From IMG/VR virus record IMGVR_UViG_3300022924_000016, positions 1 through 64,000 of that record: a stretch of DNA of 64,000 nucleotides, one strand, 5' to 3'. Below are positions 1 through 10,972 of this stretch, one piece after another (positions within the stretch are counted from its first letter, which is position 1; every line of letters begins with the position of its first letter). This stretch comes from a virus. The translations under genes and the position numbers were made by a program. The notes below the pieces were generated by a model. The model did no database searches. It was not told the DNA's origin and saw only the letters and a program-made list of their open reading frames with translations.

Positions 1-110
1 TTGGATTGTGATTTTTTTTAGGCTCTAAAGAATCACCTTGCATATTAACCTTTTCGCCTTTTTGGTTTGTCCAACCGCTATAACTTCCATCTGGTAAATA
101 ATCTCCCATT

Positions 111-596
111 TTACTTTTGTTTTAAAATTATAAGTTTTCCTTTGATTAGTTTTGATTCGTAGGATTGCCATTCTTTGTACTGTTCAGAAGTCCAAGAGTT
201 TTCCGAATCTCTTAATATGTTTGGTGTCTTTCCCATAGGATTTTTAAAGTAAATTTCATTAAAACGCAATAGGCTTCGGAAACTTTGCTCACTAGATTCT
301 AATGAAAATGATTTTTCTTCATAATCCCAAAACATTTCTTTTGGATGAAGTTCGCCTCCATACTTATATTCAGGAATATCAATTGATTCTTCGCATTCAA
401 TAAAATCGCCTTTAAAAATGTTTGTCTCAGTATCTGTGACTTCTCTTAGAATTTCGAAATTACCCTCTAATTTAGTCCAAGCGAGCCATTTCCCATCTTG
501 GAATATACATAACCAGTTAGTATTTGATATTTTGAATTTATTGGCTTCTAAAGGCACTTCATTCGCAATAAGATTTGTTGGGGTTAGGGTTTTCAT
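111..596 (-). CDS. hypothetical phage protein
   Basis: 161-aa ORF in the tightly packed minus-strand array. Confidence 0.7.
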   Translation of the reverse strand: MKTLTPTNLIANEVPLEANKFKISNTNWLCIFQDGKWLAWTKLEGNFEILREVTDTETNIFKGDFIECEESIDIPEYKYGGELHPKEMFWDYEEKSFSLESSEQSFRSLLRFNEIYFKNPMGKTPNILRDSENSWTSEQYKEWQSYESKLIKGKLIILKQK

Positions 597-608
597 AGTT
601 TAATTATT

Positions 609-956
609 TTAGTGAAATACTTTTGCTCTTTCTTCAATAATTTCATCATACCTTCCTTTATATTTCACATAATAAGAGCCTGTTCTTTTGTCGATATAAG
701 TTACTTCAGCTTGTACTGTTCTTGCCGAACTTGTACTGTCGTATTGATATGCAATTATATCTCCTACTTTCATTTCGTTACTATTATATTCTTTTTTTAC
801 AATAGGATTTTCTTTTTCTAAATTTGCATAATATTCTCCTTCCTGTTCTTTTTGATATTTGTAACTTTCACTTGTATGTCTTTCAGAACAAATATCACAC
901 ATTCCTGCAGTACAAGTGTCGCAAATTGATTCTTCCAATTCTTCGTTGTTTTCCAT
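609..956 (-). CDS. hypothetical protein (N-terminal CxxC-x3-CxxC, SH3-like C-terminus)
   Basis: CDTCTAGMCDIC; MKVGDIIAY beta-rich C-terminus. Confidence 0.6.
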   Translation of the reverse strand: MENNEELEESICDTCTAGMCDICSERHTSESYKYQKEQEGEYYANLEKENPIVKKEYNSNEMKVGDIIAYQYDSTSSARTVQAEVTYIDKRTGSYYVKYKGRYDEIIEERAKVFH

Positions 957-1189
957 AATTAATTATTTGTTAGTTATTCTGTTGCTGATTTAATTAACGA
1001 GAAAGTCCGTTACGTTTCATTACTTTATCAAAAGCCTTTATCCCTATTTCAGCTTCCGCATCAGCTGATAAATCACCCTCATTATCAACATCAGCACAAC
1101 CAACCATCGCTTCAGCTGTATCAATAATACTTATAATTGCCAAAAGTTCTTTTTCGGTAACTTTTAATTGATAATATTTTGTTGCCATT

Positions 1190-1438
1190 CTAAACTTCTT
1201 TAATAATAGTTACATTTTTATTTTCCAATTTCTCCAATTGATTCTTAAGCTGGATTAACTTCTTTTCTTTGCGTTGTTCAGCGTTTTTTATTGCTTCTGA
1301 TTCTGTTTCAAACCATTCGCCAACATGAAAATAATTATTCCATGATGTTGATTCACAAACTATATTTGTTCCAGTTTCTTTAACTTCCATCAACAAAATA
1401 CCTCTTGTCAATGCGTACTTGGTTACGTAGACTTTCAT
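1190..1438 (-). CDS. small phage protein
   Basis: VYVTKYALTRGI N-terminus resembles a common phage hypothetical family. Confidence 0.65.
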   Translation of the reverse strand: MKVYVTKYALTRGILLMEVKETGTNIVCESTSWNNYFHVGEWFETESEAIKNAEQRKEKKLIQLKNQLEKLENKNVTIIKEV

Positions 1439-1441
1439 AAA

Positions 1442-1927
1442 TTAATCAGTATAGGCGATGAATTCAAACCTTCCTGTTTTAGTGTCAAGTCTTTGAAATC
1501 TTCCTCCAAATGTTCCATCAATTTCTTTTCTTAATTGAGAAATTTCCATTGAAATTGGAAAAACGCCATACTTAATCATAGAAAAATGCGTATGACTTTT
1601 AGAACGATAATCAAATTTTTCAACTAGGTGTTTACTTTGATATAGGTTTTCAAATTCTTTTGCCAAAATCTGAATTTTTTCGTTCTCTTTTCTATAAAAT
1701 TCAGCTTGACCAGAATTAACGAAATGCTCATTATCTATTCTAATTGATTCCTGTTGTTCCTCATTTCCATCCCAGTCACATTCTGGACAATATTCTCTTG
1801 ATGTTTCGCAATAAGAACATGGCGGATTTATGTAGCAACTGCAACAACCATCTGAATCATGTTCTTGAATAATTCCTTTGCAGTTATCTCTATTGCAAAT
1901 GTCTCCTTTTGAATATCCTTCTTCCAT
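1442..1927 (-). CDS. Cys-rich putative metal-binding phage protein
   Basis: CNRDNC...CCSCYINPPCSYC...CPEC; C-terminal GTFGGRF...FIAYTD. Confidence 0.7.
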   Translation of the reverse strand: MEEGYSKGDICNRDNCKGIIQEHDSDGCCSCYINPPCSYCETSREYCPECDWDGNEEQQESIRIDNEHFVNSGQAEFYRKENEKIQILAKEFENLYQSKHLVEKFDYRSKSHTHFSMIKYGVFPISMEISQLRKEIDGTFGGRFQRLDTKTGRFEFIAYTD

Positions 1928-1939
1928 AAATACTATTTT

Positions 1940-2350
1940 TTAGATTTTAAAGACTCCCCTATCTTTAGCCCAAAATCCTGAATAAAGCTTTGGATCAAAA
2001 TCATTAGATTTAAGGTAATCTCTATATTGTTTTTCTAGTTTTAAATTTTCTTTTAGCTCTTCAAAGTATAAATCTACTTTTTCTTCTTTTGTTCTTACTG
2101 TTTCTTTTATTTCAATTTCTTTTTCGGGCTTATATCCTACGATTTGATACTCCGTGTCTTTGAACAGTTCTCTATAGTTCCACACTTCTTGGATTATATA
2201 ACAGTAGTAATCTTCTGTTGATTCTTTTAGGTCTGTTCCTTCTATTGTATAATTGTTTCCTGCTTCTAGAGATTTTATCTTTAATCCTTTTGTCAGTTTT
2301 TCTTTTAGGTATATTCTGTTGTTAAATCTTGATGGTTGTACTGTTTTCAT
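1940..2350 (-). CDS. hypothetical protein
   Basis: 136-aa ORF in array. Confidence 0.65.
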   Translation of the reverse strand: MKTVQPSRFNNRIYLKEKLTKGLKIKSLEAGNNYTIEGTDLKESTEDYYCYIIQEVWNYRELFKDTEYQIVGYKPEKEIEIKETVRTKEEKVDLYFEELKENLKLEKQYRDYLKSNDFDPKLYSGFWAKDRGVFKI

Positions 2351-2502
2351 TTAGAAAGTTTAATAATGTTTGTTTTAATCCTCTTTTTCTTTTAGCTATT
2401 ATGATAAGCTGTTCTATGTTTAACTTTTCTAGCTGTTTTTTTGTAGGCGGATTTTGAAGCCATCCTGTTGAAATACCTTCACCGTTTGTAAAATTTATCA
2501 TT

Positions 2503-2871
2503 TTAATTATTCTTTTTACGGCGATTTTTAAATAAGTTGTAGATAATAACAGGGATTCCACAAAATAAAGCTATCAATCCCATTTCTATTAAGCCTCTTC
2601 TTGCTAATTGGTAGTGGGGGATATAGAAGTCTGAACCTTTAGCTCGTCTTGCAAAGTTCCCTCCGCAGAAACCATTTTCTATTCTTTTTACCAAGAAAGC
2701 TTCCTCTGCCAAACTTTCAGTCAAAGGATTAGTTCCTAAAAAGATATTTCTTGAAGAATACTCAGGAAATTGGTACACATCAAAACCTAAAATTGGGAAC
2801 ATATAAACTTCTCCAACTTTTATATCTCTCCTTAAGAACCACTGTTTTTGACTATCTGTGAATAATTTCAT
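2503..2871 (-). CDS. hypothetical protein with C-terminal TM helix
   Basis: LIEMGLIALFCGIPVIIY followed by basic tail; promoter immediately upstream. Confidence 0.65.
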   Translation of the reverse strand: MKLFTDSQKQWFLRRDIKVGEVYMFPILGFDVYQFPEYSSRNIFLGTNPLTESLAEEAFLVKRIENGFCGGNFARRAKGSDFYIPHYQLARRGLIEMGLIALFCGIPVIIYNLFKNRRKKNN

Positions 2872-2888
2872 ATCTTATTTTGTTTCTA

Positions 2889-2896
2889 CAAATATA
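2889..2896 (-). promoter_or_regulatory. Bacteroidota sigma70-type -7 element (TATATTTG)
   Basis: Matches TAnnTTTG; intergenic, just downstream of a terminator. Confidence 0.65.
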
Positions 2897-2933
2897 CTAA
2901 TGTTTATCTGATATTAAAGTTAAGACTTAGTTA

Positions 2934-2961
2934 AAATAAAAAAGACAGCTATTATACTGTC
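2934..2961 (-). terminator. intrinsic terminator
   Basis: AGACAG-loop-CTGTCT then T-run on minus strand directly after ORF 2962-3156. Confidence 0.65.
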
Positions 2962-3156
2962 TCATTTTGATAATTTCGCCGATAAAAAGATTAGAAACAG
3001 TAGAATAACAACAGCTAAAACACTAAACAATCCTAAAACTAAAGGAATCCAAATAGGACTAAATACCCAAAGCCAAGTAATTTCAGTCCCTGTTAGTTTT
3101 AACAAAATAAATACGATGAACAAAGTCACAATAAATTCTAGGAACTTTCTTAACAT
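2962..3156 (-). CDS. small membrane protein
   Basis: ILLKLTG..TWLWVFSPIWIP motif typical of a phage TM protein family. Confidence 0.7.
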   Translation of the reverse strand: MLRKFLEFIVTLFIVFILLKLTGTEITWLWVFSPIWIPLVLGLFSVLAVVILLFLIFLSAKLSK

Positions 3157-3695
3157 CTTCTAAATAATTTAAGTTTCTTTTTTATACTCTTTTTCCCGCC
3201 CGAAATCTCTGAAATCCTTTCTTCACATTGCTCCCTCGAACCAAATACTTCTATCTTGCCTGTGAAAGGTTCAGTTAAAACTTCTGATAAGATATGAATT
3301 CCAAACCAATACTCATCTATCCTGATAAAATAATTCAAGCCTTGTTCTACTATTGTGTGTTTAGTCTTTTTCATACCAGTCCAATTAATAAACAGCTCAT
3401 CCCTATAAGGAACATGCCACAAAAACATCTACCCCAAATACCCTCCTCTGTATATTTATTCCAAGTCACTAAAACATAACCCCAATATAAAGCATTTAAA
3501 AGTATCAGTAAAATTATAATAAAGTCTTTCATTCTTCTATATGATTTCCAATTAATTTACAAACCCACACATTTTCCAATTCATACATCCCGCAAGTTAT
3601 AAAGGCATCGTTTTGTGTTTCAAACAGTTTTATCTCATCTTCGTCATTTCTAAAATAACCCATATCTCTTAGGTCTATGATTACATATTTATTTT

Positions 3696-4010
3696 TCATA
3701 CTTCCAAAGCTTTTAATATTACTGCTTCTAGAGCGTCTTCATAAGTACTATATTTACCGTTTTCTCCCGCCTCAGATAACTCAGGAATTTCCGCACACCT
3801 CTTTGCTGTTAAATCGTACCCTGAAAAGTTCCACTCCCTTAAAATGTTTATGTCTATAACAAAGTGAATACTGCAATACTCTCTAATAAACTTTTGGATA
3901 TAAGCCAGCTGTATAAACTTAGGAATGTCCCAAAACATTGCTGTGTAAGGAGCTAACTCTTGTTCTGCCAGCCACTTTTCAAATCCTAACTTAATTAATT
4001 TTTCTTTCAT
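3696..4010 (-). CDS. hypothetical phage protein
   Basis: C-terminal YSTYEDALEA motif common in Bacteroidota phage hypotheticals. Confidence 0.65.
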   Translation of the reverse strand: MKEKLIKLGFEKWLAEQELAPYTAMFWDIPKFIQLAYIQKFIREYCSIHFVIDINILREWNFSGYDLTAKRCAEIPELSEAGENGKYSTYEDALEAVILKALEV

Positions 4011-4444
4011 AGTAATTCCCCATTAATTACATCATCCACGGAATCTTCTACAGATTCAATAACATTATCTATAACTTTTCCTGTATTCTCAAAATCCCCT
4101 TTTAAAGTGTCAGTTACTACGACAATAGGAGATATAGCCACGTTTAAAGCCCCTTTTAAAATGTTTCCAAATAGTCTCATTAGTTTTTTAGTTTTAAAGA
4201 TTCAAAAGTATTAAAAGTTGAAATTATCACACTGAAAATTAAAAGTATTACTAAAGTCAAATCGTTTTTTAGGAGAGCTAAAACTGTTGCTATTGATATA
4301 AGTAGGCTACAAACAGCTAAAATTCTTGAGTTGTATATTTCATTACGTACTTTGAAATTTAAGTAGAACAGTAATATATGCAATCCTATAAAAATAGTTT
4401 CCAGAATTATAATCATTTTTTCTTGTTTTTAATTTTGTTATAAT

Positions 4445-5158
4445 CTATTTGTTTTTACTGCCGAAATATTTTAAGTAAATTTTATAATCCTCTGAGATTT
4501 TTTCAGCTACCTCTCTTAAGTCTTTTAAAGCCTTTTCTGCACGTTCTTTAGAGTAAGGTGTAGGAATCACTTTTACTTCTCCTGACAGTCTCATTTTGAA
4601 GTTTCCTGTGCCGCTTAAACTACTTCCCTTACGACCCAAACCAAAAACCTCTGATTTTGTAACTGTAAAACCTTTCTGCTCTCTTTCATGACAGTATAAT
4701 GTTGTCTGATTATAGTCCTCTGACTCGTATTTTTCAGGTTTTGATAAATTTAAGGATTTATAATCTCTGATTTCAACATTTTTACCATCATAGCAAGCCC
4801 TATCTATAAATCCTTGTGCACAAAAATCTCCACAATCGATAATGACTTCTTCTTCATATACGCAGTTATTAGGATAATCTACCTTACTTAAGAGTATTTC
4901 GCAATCTTCTAATGATAGGCAACCTCTATCAGGAGTTTTATTTTTTTCTCCTATGTGCTGGATATACTCACCGCAACTAGATCCAAATTCCGCAAATTCG
5001 CCACTTGGTAATTTTATGCCTGAAAAATACTGCACATAATAGTCATTTTGATACTCTAAGTCTTTATAAGAACTGTATTGACTATAGCTAATCTTAGGCT
5101 TTCCTTTTAAATGTGGATACAGGCCTTTATCATCTTCAAAAATTCTTGGTAGTTGCAT
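4445..5158 (-). CDS. PD-(D/E)XK nuclease (RecB/Cas4-like exonuclease)
   Basis: ISYSQY N-terminal motif; E...GFIDR...DYKS catalytic motif; QxxLY. Confidence 0.8.
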   Translation of the reverse strand: MQLPRIFEDDKGLYPHLKGKPKISYSQYSSYKDLEYQNDYYVQYFSGIKLPSGEFAEFGSSCGEYIQHIGEKNKTPDRGCLSLEDCEILLSKVDYPNNCVYEEEVIIDCGDFCAQGFIDRACYDGKNVEIRDYKSLNLSKPEKYESEDYNQTTLYCHEREQKGFTVTKSEVFGLGRKGSSLSGTGNFKMRLSGEVKVIPTPYSKERAEKALKDLREVAEKISEDYKIYLKYFGSKNK

Positions 5159-6118
5159 TTATAGTGTTTTAAAAAATTCTGTTACTTCTTCTGTCCTAGC
5201 CTCGTTAATTTCTTTTAATTCTTTTTTATTTTGTGCCATCACATCCACCTTTTCAAGATAATGAGCTAAAACTAATTTCAAGACTGTTGGTTTGTCTTTT
5301 TTCAGTATTTTCAAAGCTTTCAATTCTTTTTTAACTTCTTCTGTGAACGATTTACTTTGATAAAGTTTTGTCAGTAGTGGCACTTCCTCTACAAAATCTT
5401 CCGTTTTATCTACTACATCTGTAATGAAACCTCTTTTGCCTTGTAGGGCGCAAAAAAGTTCGGCTACTGCTTTTACGTCTTTCTTACAATAATCTGAGAT
5501 TCTTTGAATACCTCCTTCATAATAAACTCTGCTTACATCGGCTCCTGAAATATCATCTTTTGGCGTATCTACACCACTGAGCATGCACATTGCATCTAAA
5601 GATAGATTATAGTAATAAGTTCCCTTAGTAATTGTCATAGTATCGTACATGCCCTCTGCAATTACCCACGGTTTAGCTTCTGAATCATTGAACCTGTCAG
5701 AAATTATTGTCAAATCAATATTTTCCTCTAAAGATTTTAGACGTATCGTTGGAATATCGAATGAAATAATGTTGTGTCCACAAGGGATAAATCCCGTGGA
5801 ATTTAAAATATTATAAAACTGTTCTATAACTTCTTTCTGCGAACCCGTCAAAGATTTTAAATAAAGTGTAGTATCCTTGATATAACCTACTGTTATACAT
5901 ACAATCTTGTTAAAAACAGGGTCTAATGCACCATTTAAAATATAATGCTCTTGAACATCATTTGAAGGAGGCAATTTAGAATTTTCTTTATCTCTTAATT
6001 TCCACGCATATAAATCATACTCCTTAGAGTTAATGTCCAGGCTGTTATTTCTTCTGACTGTTTCACAATCTAGGAAAAGTAATTTTTCTAAATCTTGTTT
6101 TCTTACTCTACTATTCAT
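5159..6118 (-). CDS. 3'-5' exonuclease, DnaQ/PolB-exo-like (DEDDy)
   Basis: ExoI FLDCET, ExoII GHNIISFDIP, ExoIII YCKKDV. Confidence 0.85.
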   Translation of the reverse strand: MNSRVRKQDLEKLLFLDCETVRRNNSLDINSKEYDLYAWKLRDKENSKLPPSNDVQEHYILNGALDPVFNKIVCITVGYIKDTTLYLKSLTGSQKEVIEQFYNILNSTGFIPCGHNIISFDIPTIRLKSLEENIDLTIISDRFNDSEAKPWVIAEGMYDTMTITKGTYYYNLSLDAMCMLSGVDTPKDDISGADVSRVYYEGGIQRISDYCKKDVKAVAELFCALQGKRGFITDVVDKTEDFVEEVPLLTKLYQSKSFTEEVKKELKALKILKKDKPTVLKLVLAHYLEKVDVMAQNKKELKEINEARTEEVTEFFKTL

Positions 6119-6126
6119 TTATTTGA

Positions 6127-6540
6127 TTATTGATTAAACATTCTTGATTCCTTAAAAACTTCAAAGAATAGTTCAGAGGCTTCTAGAGCTTCTTTCTCTG
6201 ACTTAAATAAAAGGCGCGCAGAAGAACTAGAAAGACCATAGCCGTAATTCGCACAGTCCAGACGAAATTCATCTAAGTAGAGCCACAAGTAGTACTTTCT
6301 CTCATTTTTGTCTTTAAAATTTGGAATCCAACCCTTATTATAATAAGCTACAATCATACACTCTTTTTGATAAGCTTTTACGTGATTTGGAATACTTTGA
6401 TACAGCTTATTAAACTCTTCTTCTGTTGTACTGTGATACTCATATACCTTGTCCATAGGACTAAGTTTCTTGGCATCTTCTAAAATTTTACTCAGTTCTT
6501 CTACAGTGTAATCAGAACCATTAATGTTAATTGTTTTCAT
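6127..6540 (-). CDS. hypothetical protein
   Basis: 137-aa ORF; NKGWIPNF...KYY...SARLLFKS pattern typical of Bacteroidota phage proteins. Confidence 0.65.
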   Translation of the reverse strand: MKTININGSDYTVEELSKILEDAKKLSPMDKVYEYHSTTEEEFNKLYQSIPNHVKAYQKECMIVAYYNKGWIPNFKDKNERKYYLWLYLDEFRLDCANYGYGLSSSSARLLFKSEKEALEASELFFEVFKESRMFNQ

Positions 6541-6552
6541 AATAGTTATAAT

Positions 6553-6843
6553 TTATAGTTTTTCTTCGTTACCTTGCCAAGCTTCTCTTTTCTTGCCTTT
6601 TTTATTATCGGAACCATCTTTGTTAAGTTCCACACCAAAATAAACACAGCTTGGATATTTTTCTCCAAACCCGACCTTAGATTTAATTGTTTCTACTCTG
6701 ATTCTTCCAATACGGTCTTGAAATATGTCTCCTACTTTATAAGGGTTGTTTGATAGAGCGTAATCTTTAACCAAAAGTTTTTTCTTATTTTCAAAGTCGG
6801 CTTGCAACTCTTGCATTGCTTTGTCATATTCTAATTTTTCCAT
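6553..6843 (-). CDS. hypothetical protein
   Basis: 96-aa ORF, NNPYKVGD motif; starts 4 nt after a -7 element. Confidence 0.65.
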   Translation of the reverse strand: MEKLEYDKAMQELQADFENKKKLLVKDYALSNNPYKVGDIFQDRIGRIRVETIKSKVGFGEKYPSCVYFGVELNKDGSDNKKGKKREAWQGNEEKL

Positions 6844-6847
6844 TTGA

Positions 6848-6855
6848 CAAATATA
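6848..6855 (-). promoter_or_regulatory. -7 element (TATATTTG)
   Basis: TAnnTTTG consensus, intergenic. Confidence 0.6.
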
Positions 6856-6895
6856 AAGATTATTTATTTACTAGTTGTTAATAGTTTGCTAAATT

Positions 6896-7222
6896 TTACA
6901 AACAGTCTTTTAATTGATTAATTCTACTTTGTTCTATTATTTTCATCTTTTGCGCCATTTCTACAGTCTTTAAGTGAATTAAATCTAAAATTTCTTTCTT
7001 GATTTTTGATATTTCCGCCGATTTTAAAGATTTATTCAAGAATATCTCTCCACAAGAAGCTACTATGGCGTTATCTAAAATCAAAACTGTTCCTCCTGTT
7101 TGAGTTTCGATGTAAATATTATCAGTATTCACATAAATTTCTTTGCGGTTTTGATAAGCCTTTAAACAGACCTCTAAAACTGTCTTTGATTCTTCTGTTA
7201 GTTTAGTTTTTAAAAACTCCAT
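6896..7222 (-). CDS. hypothetical protein
   Basis: 108-aa ORF in array. Confidence 0.6.
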   Translation of the reverse strand: MEFLKTKLTEESKTVLEVCLKAYQNRKEIYVNTDNIYIETQTGGTVLILDNAIVASCGEIFLNKSLKSAEISKIKKEILDLIHLKTVEMAQKMKIIEQSRINQLKDCL

Positions 7223-7526
7223 TTTGTATCTTTAATTTTAATTTCTTCCATATTTCTTTTCTGTCATCCTTTGAATAAATGTTTTTAATAATCTTTTTTG
7301 TTAGTAATTTTAGCGCAAATTCCGTATTATGTAAATCATTATCACATTTTACAATTTTATCATTACCTATAAGAAGTCCATTTTTGAATACAAGGCATTG
7401 TGTTACTAATGGGAAAGTTTTATTTCTTGCTCGTCCATAGATTCGTCTACCTCTTAAATAGAGTAGTTTGTATCTGACACTTTGGTCATCTACTGTATGC
7501 TCTAATTCAAATAGAATATTTTCCAT
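7203..7526 (-). CDS. hypothetical protein
   Basis: 107-aa ORF in array. Confidence 0.6.
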   Translation of the reverse strand: MENILFELEHTVDDQSVRYKLLYLRGRRIYGRARNKTFPLVTQCLVFKNGLLIGNDKIVKCDNDLHNTEFALKLLTKKIIKNIYSKDDRKEIWKKLKLKIQNGVFKN

Positions 7527-8280
7527 AAATGTTATACTTTATCTCTTTTAATTAATATTTCCGCTTGTTCTTGCGTATTTCTATTATAAAAATAGCCCCC
7601 GCCTGTAATAATCCATTCTTCCGTAGAGTCTACGCTAATTGAATTCAAACAAGTGCGCCCTGTCTTTAGGCACTTAAAGGCTATTAATTTTGTCTTAGAG
7701 TAGATGTCTTTATCCAATTTTTATTACTTCAAAGGGTTGTCCTGAGTAGAAGATCTTTAGAGAGTTTGCTTTAGCTTGTGCCACTTGTCGGTCTTGAAAC
7801 TTAAAAGCTTCTGATTCTTCTAATACAAAAACTGTCTGCTTATCTTGCCTTGCGTAGTATTGACTGTTTCTTTTTATGATAAAACTCATCTTTCTATTGT
7901 TTTTATTATTGCCGCGGATAAAGGAAAAACTAACAAAATACAGATTATCAGATTTAAAAATTGCAAAGTAACTAAAAAGCAGATTGCAAAAACCAAGTTT
8001 ATCAAAAATAAAACTGCTAGAAATCTTAATACTAAGTCTTTCATGTTCCTAAATTTAAATTGTTAATTACCAATCCCAAGTAATATAAGTTTTGTTATTT
8101 GAATGAGAAATTAAATACCCCTGTTCCTGTAATTGTTTAACTTTAGGGTCATTTTCATTTAATTTATCAATTGACATTCCTGCAAAACCATTATTAGCCT
8201 GAACTCTTATTTTTTCCTCTAAAGAAAGTGTTCTATTTCTTTCTCTGTAAATACTTCTTGCTTCCTTTGCATCCATACCC

Positions 8281-8541
8281 TTAAATTATTTTTGGCGTTT
8301 TTAACTGTTGGACTATTTTTTGGTTTACTTTTTCAGGATGTTCCTGCCCAATTTCAAATCGCGGAAAAGATTTAGAACAAAACTCTTTAACTTCCGTCAA
8401 ACAATCCTCTGTAAGAGATAAACTAACACCACCTACTGTGATATTTGCATAATCATCTGTACCTTTGTCTAAAACAAAATCTATTACTTTACAAGCCTCC
8501 CCGTAAGTTAATAACCTGATGTAGTATTGTAGTCTAATCAT
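8281..8541 (-). CDS. hypothetical protein
   Basis: 86-aa ORF in array. Confidence 0.6.
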   Translation of the reverse strand: MIRLQYYIRLLTYGEACKVIDFVLDKGTDDYANITVGGVSLSLTEDCLTEVKEFCSKSFPRFEIGQEHPEKVNQKIVQQLKTPKII

Positions 8542-9113
8542 TTTCTAAATATTTTATGGTTATACCTTTATTCGTGTATTCTAACTCAACTGTATCTTCG
8601 TAAGGAATTAAAAGCAGTTCTTGTGTTAAGATGTCTTTTATGTTTTCTAAGCTCAATTCTATTCTAACTCTTTTTTCCGTGCCCATATCAGTTTGGGTTA
8701 AAATTAAGTAAATCAAATTCTAGCTTGTAAATACTTCTCAATTGTTCTAAAACGGCGGTTAGAGAAAAACAATACAAATTAATGTCTTTATCGATATACT
8801 GCCAATAATTGAAACCGTTTATTTCTATGTTTTGGATCATTTTTGATTTCTTTTGTTGTTAAACTCTATGTGCAATACTCCTTTTGAATCATAGTAGCCT
8901 TTTAAAGTGTCAGTTGCCTTTACTTGATTTATTTCTTCGGGCAGATTTATTTTGCCTTTGCCCATATTCCCTATATAAAGACCGCCACAGTAACAAAGGA
9001 TAATTATAAACAAAATTTTAAAAGTTTCTATGTGTTCGTCTTTCATATTTAGGATATTTGTGCCAACCATTCCCACCAATTACCTACGAAGTATTGGTAT
9101 TTTCTTTTGGTTG

Positions 9114-9121
9114 CAAATTTA
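9114..9121 (-). promoter_or_regulatory. -7 element (TAAATTTG)
   Basis: TAnnTTTG consensus upstream of 8837-9079. Confidence 0.5.
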
Positions 9122-10514
9122 TAGATAGATGCGTTCTTACCTTCCTTTAAAAGGGTGTTTTTAACTGTAATTGCTTGTGATTTAGTTTCAGTTTTCATAA
9201 TTAAAATTGTTTTTGGTTACTGAAAAAACTGTTATTCCTTAACTTCGGGCGATAATTTTCTGTCAAGCCAAACACTAAACTAAATTCAGGACAGTCTTTA
9301 ACAATCTTTTTGACCGTTTCTTCTCGGTTCATGCCTTGCAAGATTACTAATTCGTTATCTCCTTTTAGAGTCCCACCGACTAATAAAGTTGCTATGCAAG
9401 AATTTCCTGCAAATATGCTGTATTTTGTTGCTGTGTAATTCATAATAAACTGTCTTTTAACTGTTTCTCTTTTAATTCTAATAGTCTCGCCAATTTTATA
9501 GCGGTTGTTTCTAGTTCTAAATCTATAAACTCAAATTCTTCTTTGCTGTCCTGTAAAAGATAAAACTCACAATCCGACTCTTCGGTGCCAAACGCCTCGC
9601 AATAGATAACCTTATCAAATAAGTCTGTCAAGGGCTTTTTAAATCTCTGCAATCTTTCCAAATTGTTTAGAGCTGATTTAAATTCTTGATTAGTTAGTTT
9701 CATCTTTTAAAGTCAGGTACTTCAATAATTAAGAACTCTTCTTTATTTTTGAAGAGTTGAGATGCTGTTTCATAAGCGTTTTCCGCCGTAGAAAAAACTA
9801 AAGATTTTCCTCCATAACCGTAAAGAGCTTTCTTTGTTTTTAAATCTACGATAAAATAATTTTTAATTTCTTTCATTTTCAAGAGGTTTTATTTTTGTTA
9901 AGTGATACAGAATACCAAAATTAGTTTTAAGTGTCTGTAATCTATTATAATTGGCTTTCTGAGAAGATTATGATCTCCAAGTCTTCTTTGGAATAGCATT
10001 CTTTTGTTTCTACTCTGTTTTCAATTTCTTCTTGTTTTAGTTTTTCGCCGAAAAGAAAACCTAAATAACAACCTAAATAAAAAACTGCTACGAAGCCTAA
10101 AACTGTCAATACATTTTTCATAACTAGTAAGTTTGTTTGTAGCCATCCTTAACTAGGAAAGCCAAAGTGTTAACAAATAATCTTTTCTTTTTAAACTGTC
10201 TTGTCTCTCCGTTATTTAGGTTAATGACGTAGCAGTCTTTATTCTTGCCGTGTGATGTTGTGTATGTTTTCATCTTATGAAGATTTAATCTCTTTTATTA
10301 ATATTTGCTTGATAACAGCTTGTTGGTGGCAATATTCCTTGAAATTATTGCAAAGCTGTTGTAACTCTTTTATTGAGTGTTCGCCATCGCCTTTATAGTA
10401 AGGCATTTCTATCGGAGTATATTGTTCGGGTAATAAAAAGCTGTCTGATTTTATATTCATCCCTAGTTGTGGAAAATCTTTTAGTTTCATAATTTTTCGA
10501 AATAAGTGTTAAAC

Positions 10515-10706
10515 TTAAATAATTCTAATATAGCTTTCATCTAATAGTAACTCCTGATAGTTGACAGCAATTTGAAAACCTTGTAAACTATAAACTGTAC
10601 CTTGTGATTCTGCTTCTGTCATAAATTCTTCATCTGTAAACTCTCTAGCATCCACATCTTCTTTTAGAAAATTTATGTCAACTATATACACTCTTAATTC
10701 TTTCAT
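10515..10706 (-). CDS. small acidic phage protein
   Basis: DEEFMTEAESQGTVYSLQGF motif typical of Bacteroidota phage proteins. Confidence 0.65.
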   Translation of the reverse strand: MKELRVYIVDINFLKEDVDAREFTDEEFMTEAESQGTVYSLQGFQIAVNYQELLLDESYIRII

Positions 10707-10972
10707 AATCTTATCTTTTTATGGCGTAACTTGCGCCGATTGCTAATTCTTTTAAAATTCTCTTTATTGCTTTCATTATTTTCGCGGGATAAAAATTAAG
10801 AAGAAAGTAAAATAGCTTTCAACTGTTTTAAAATATCTAAAGTATTATTATATCTCAATACTTCATTTTTATAAGTCTCAGATAAAGTATTTGAATCTTC
10901 TAATAACTTACTACGTTCCTGGTTTTCCTTCTCTAATTTCAAGATAAGGTTTCTAAGCTGTTCTTTCATAAC

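Noticed and set aside
3375-3428. N-terminal part of track ORF 3150-3428
   Set aside because: Overlaps a more plausible small TM ORF (~3371-3532); the real start is probably MKKTKH at 3374
4445-5158. Cas4-like gene as part of a CRISPR-Cas system
   Set aside because: No repeat-spacer array or other cas genes seen; stand-alone PD-(D/E)XK nucleases are common in phages
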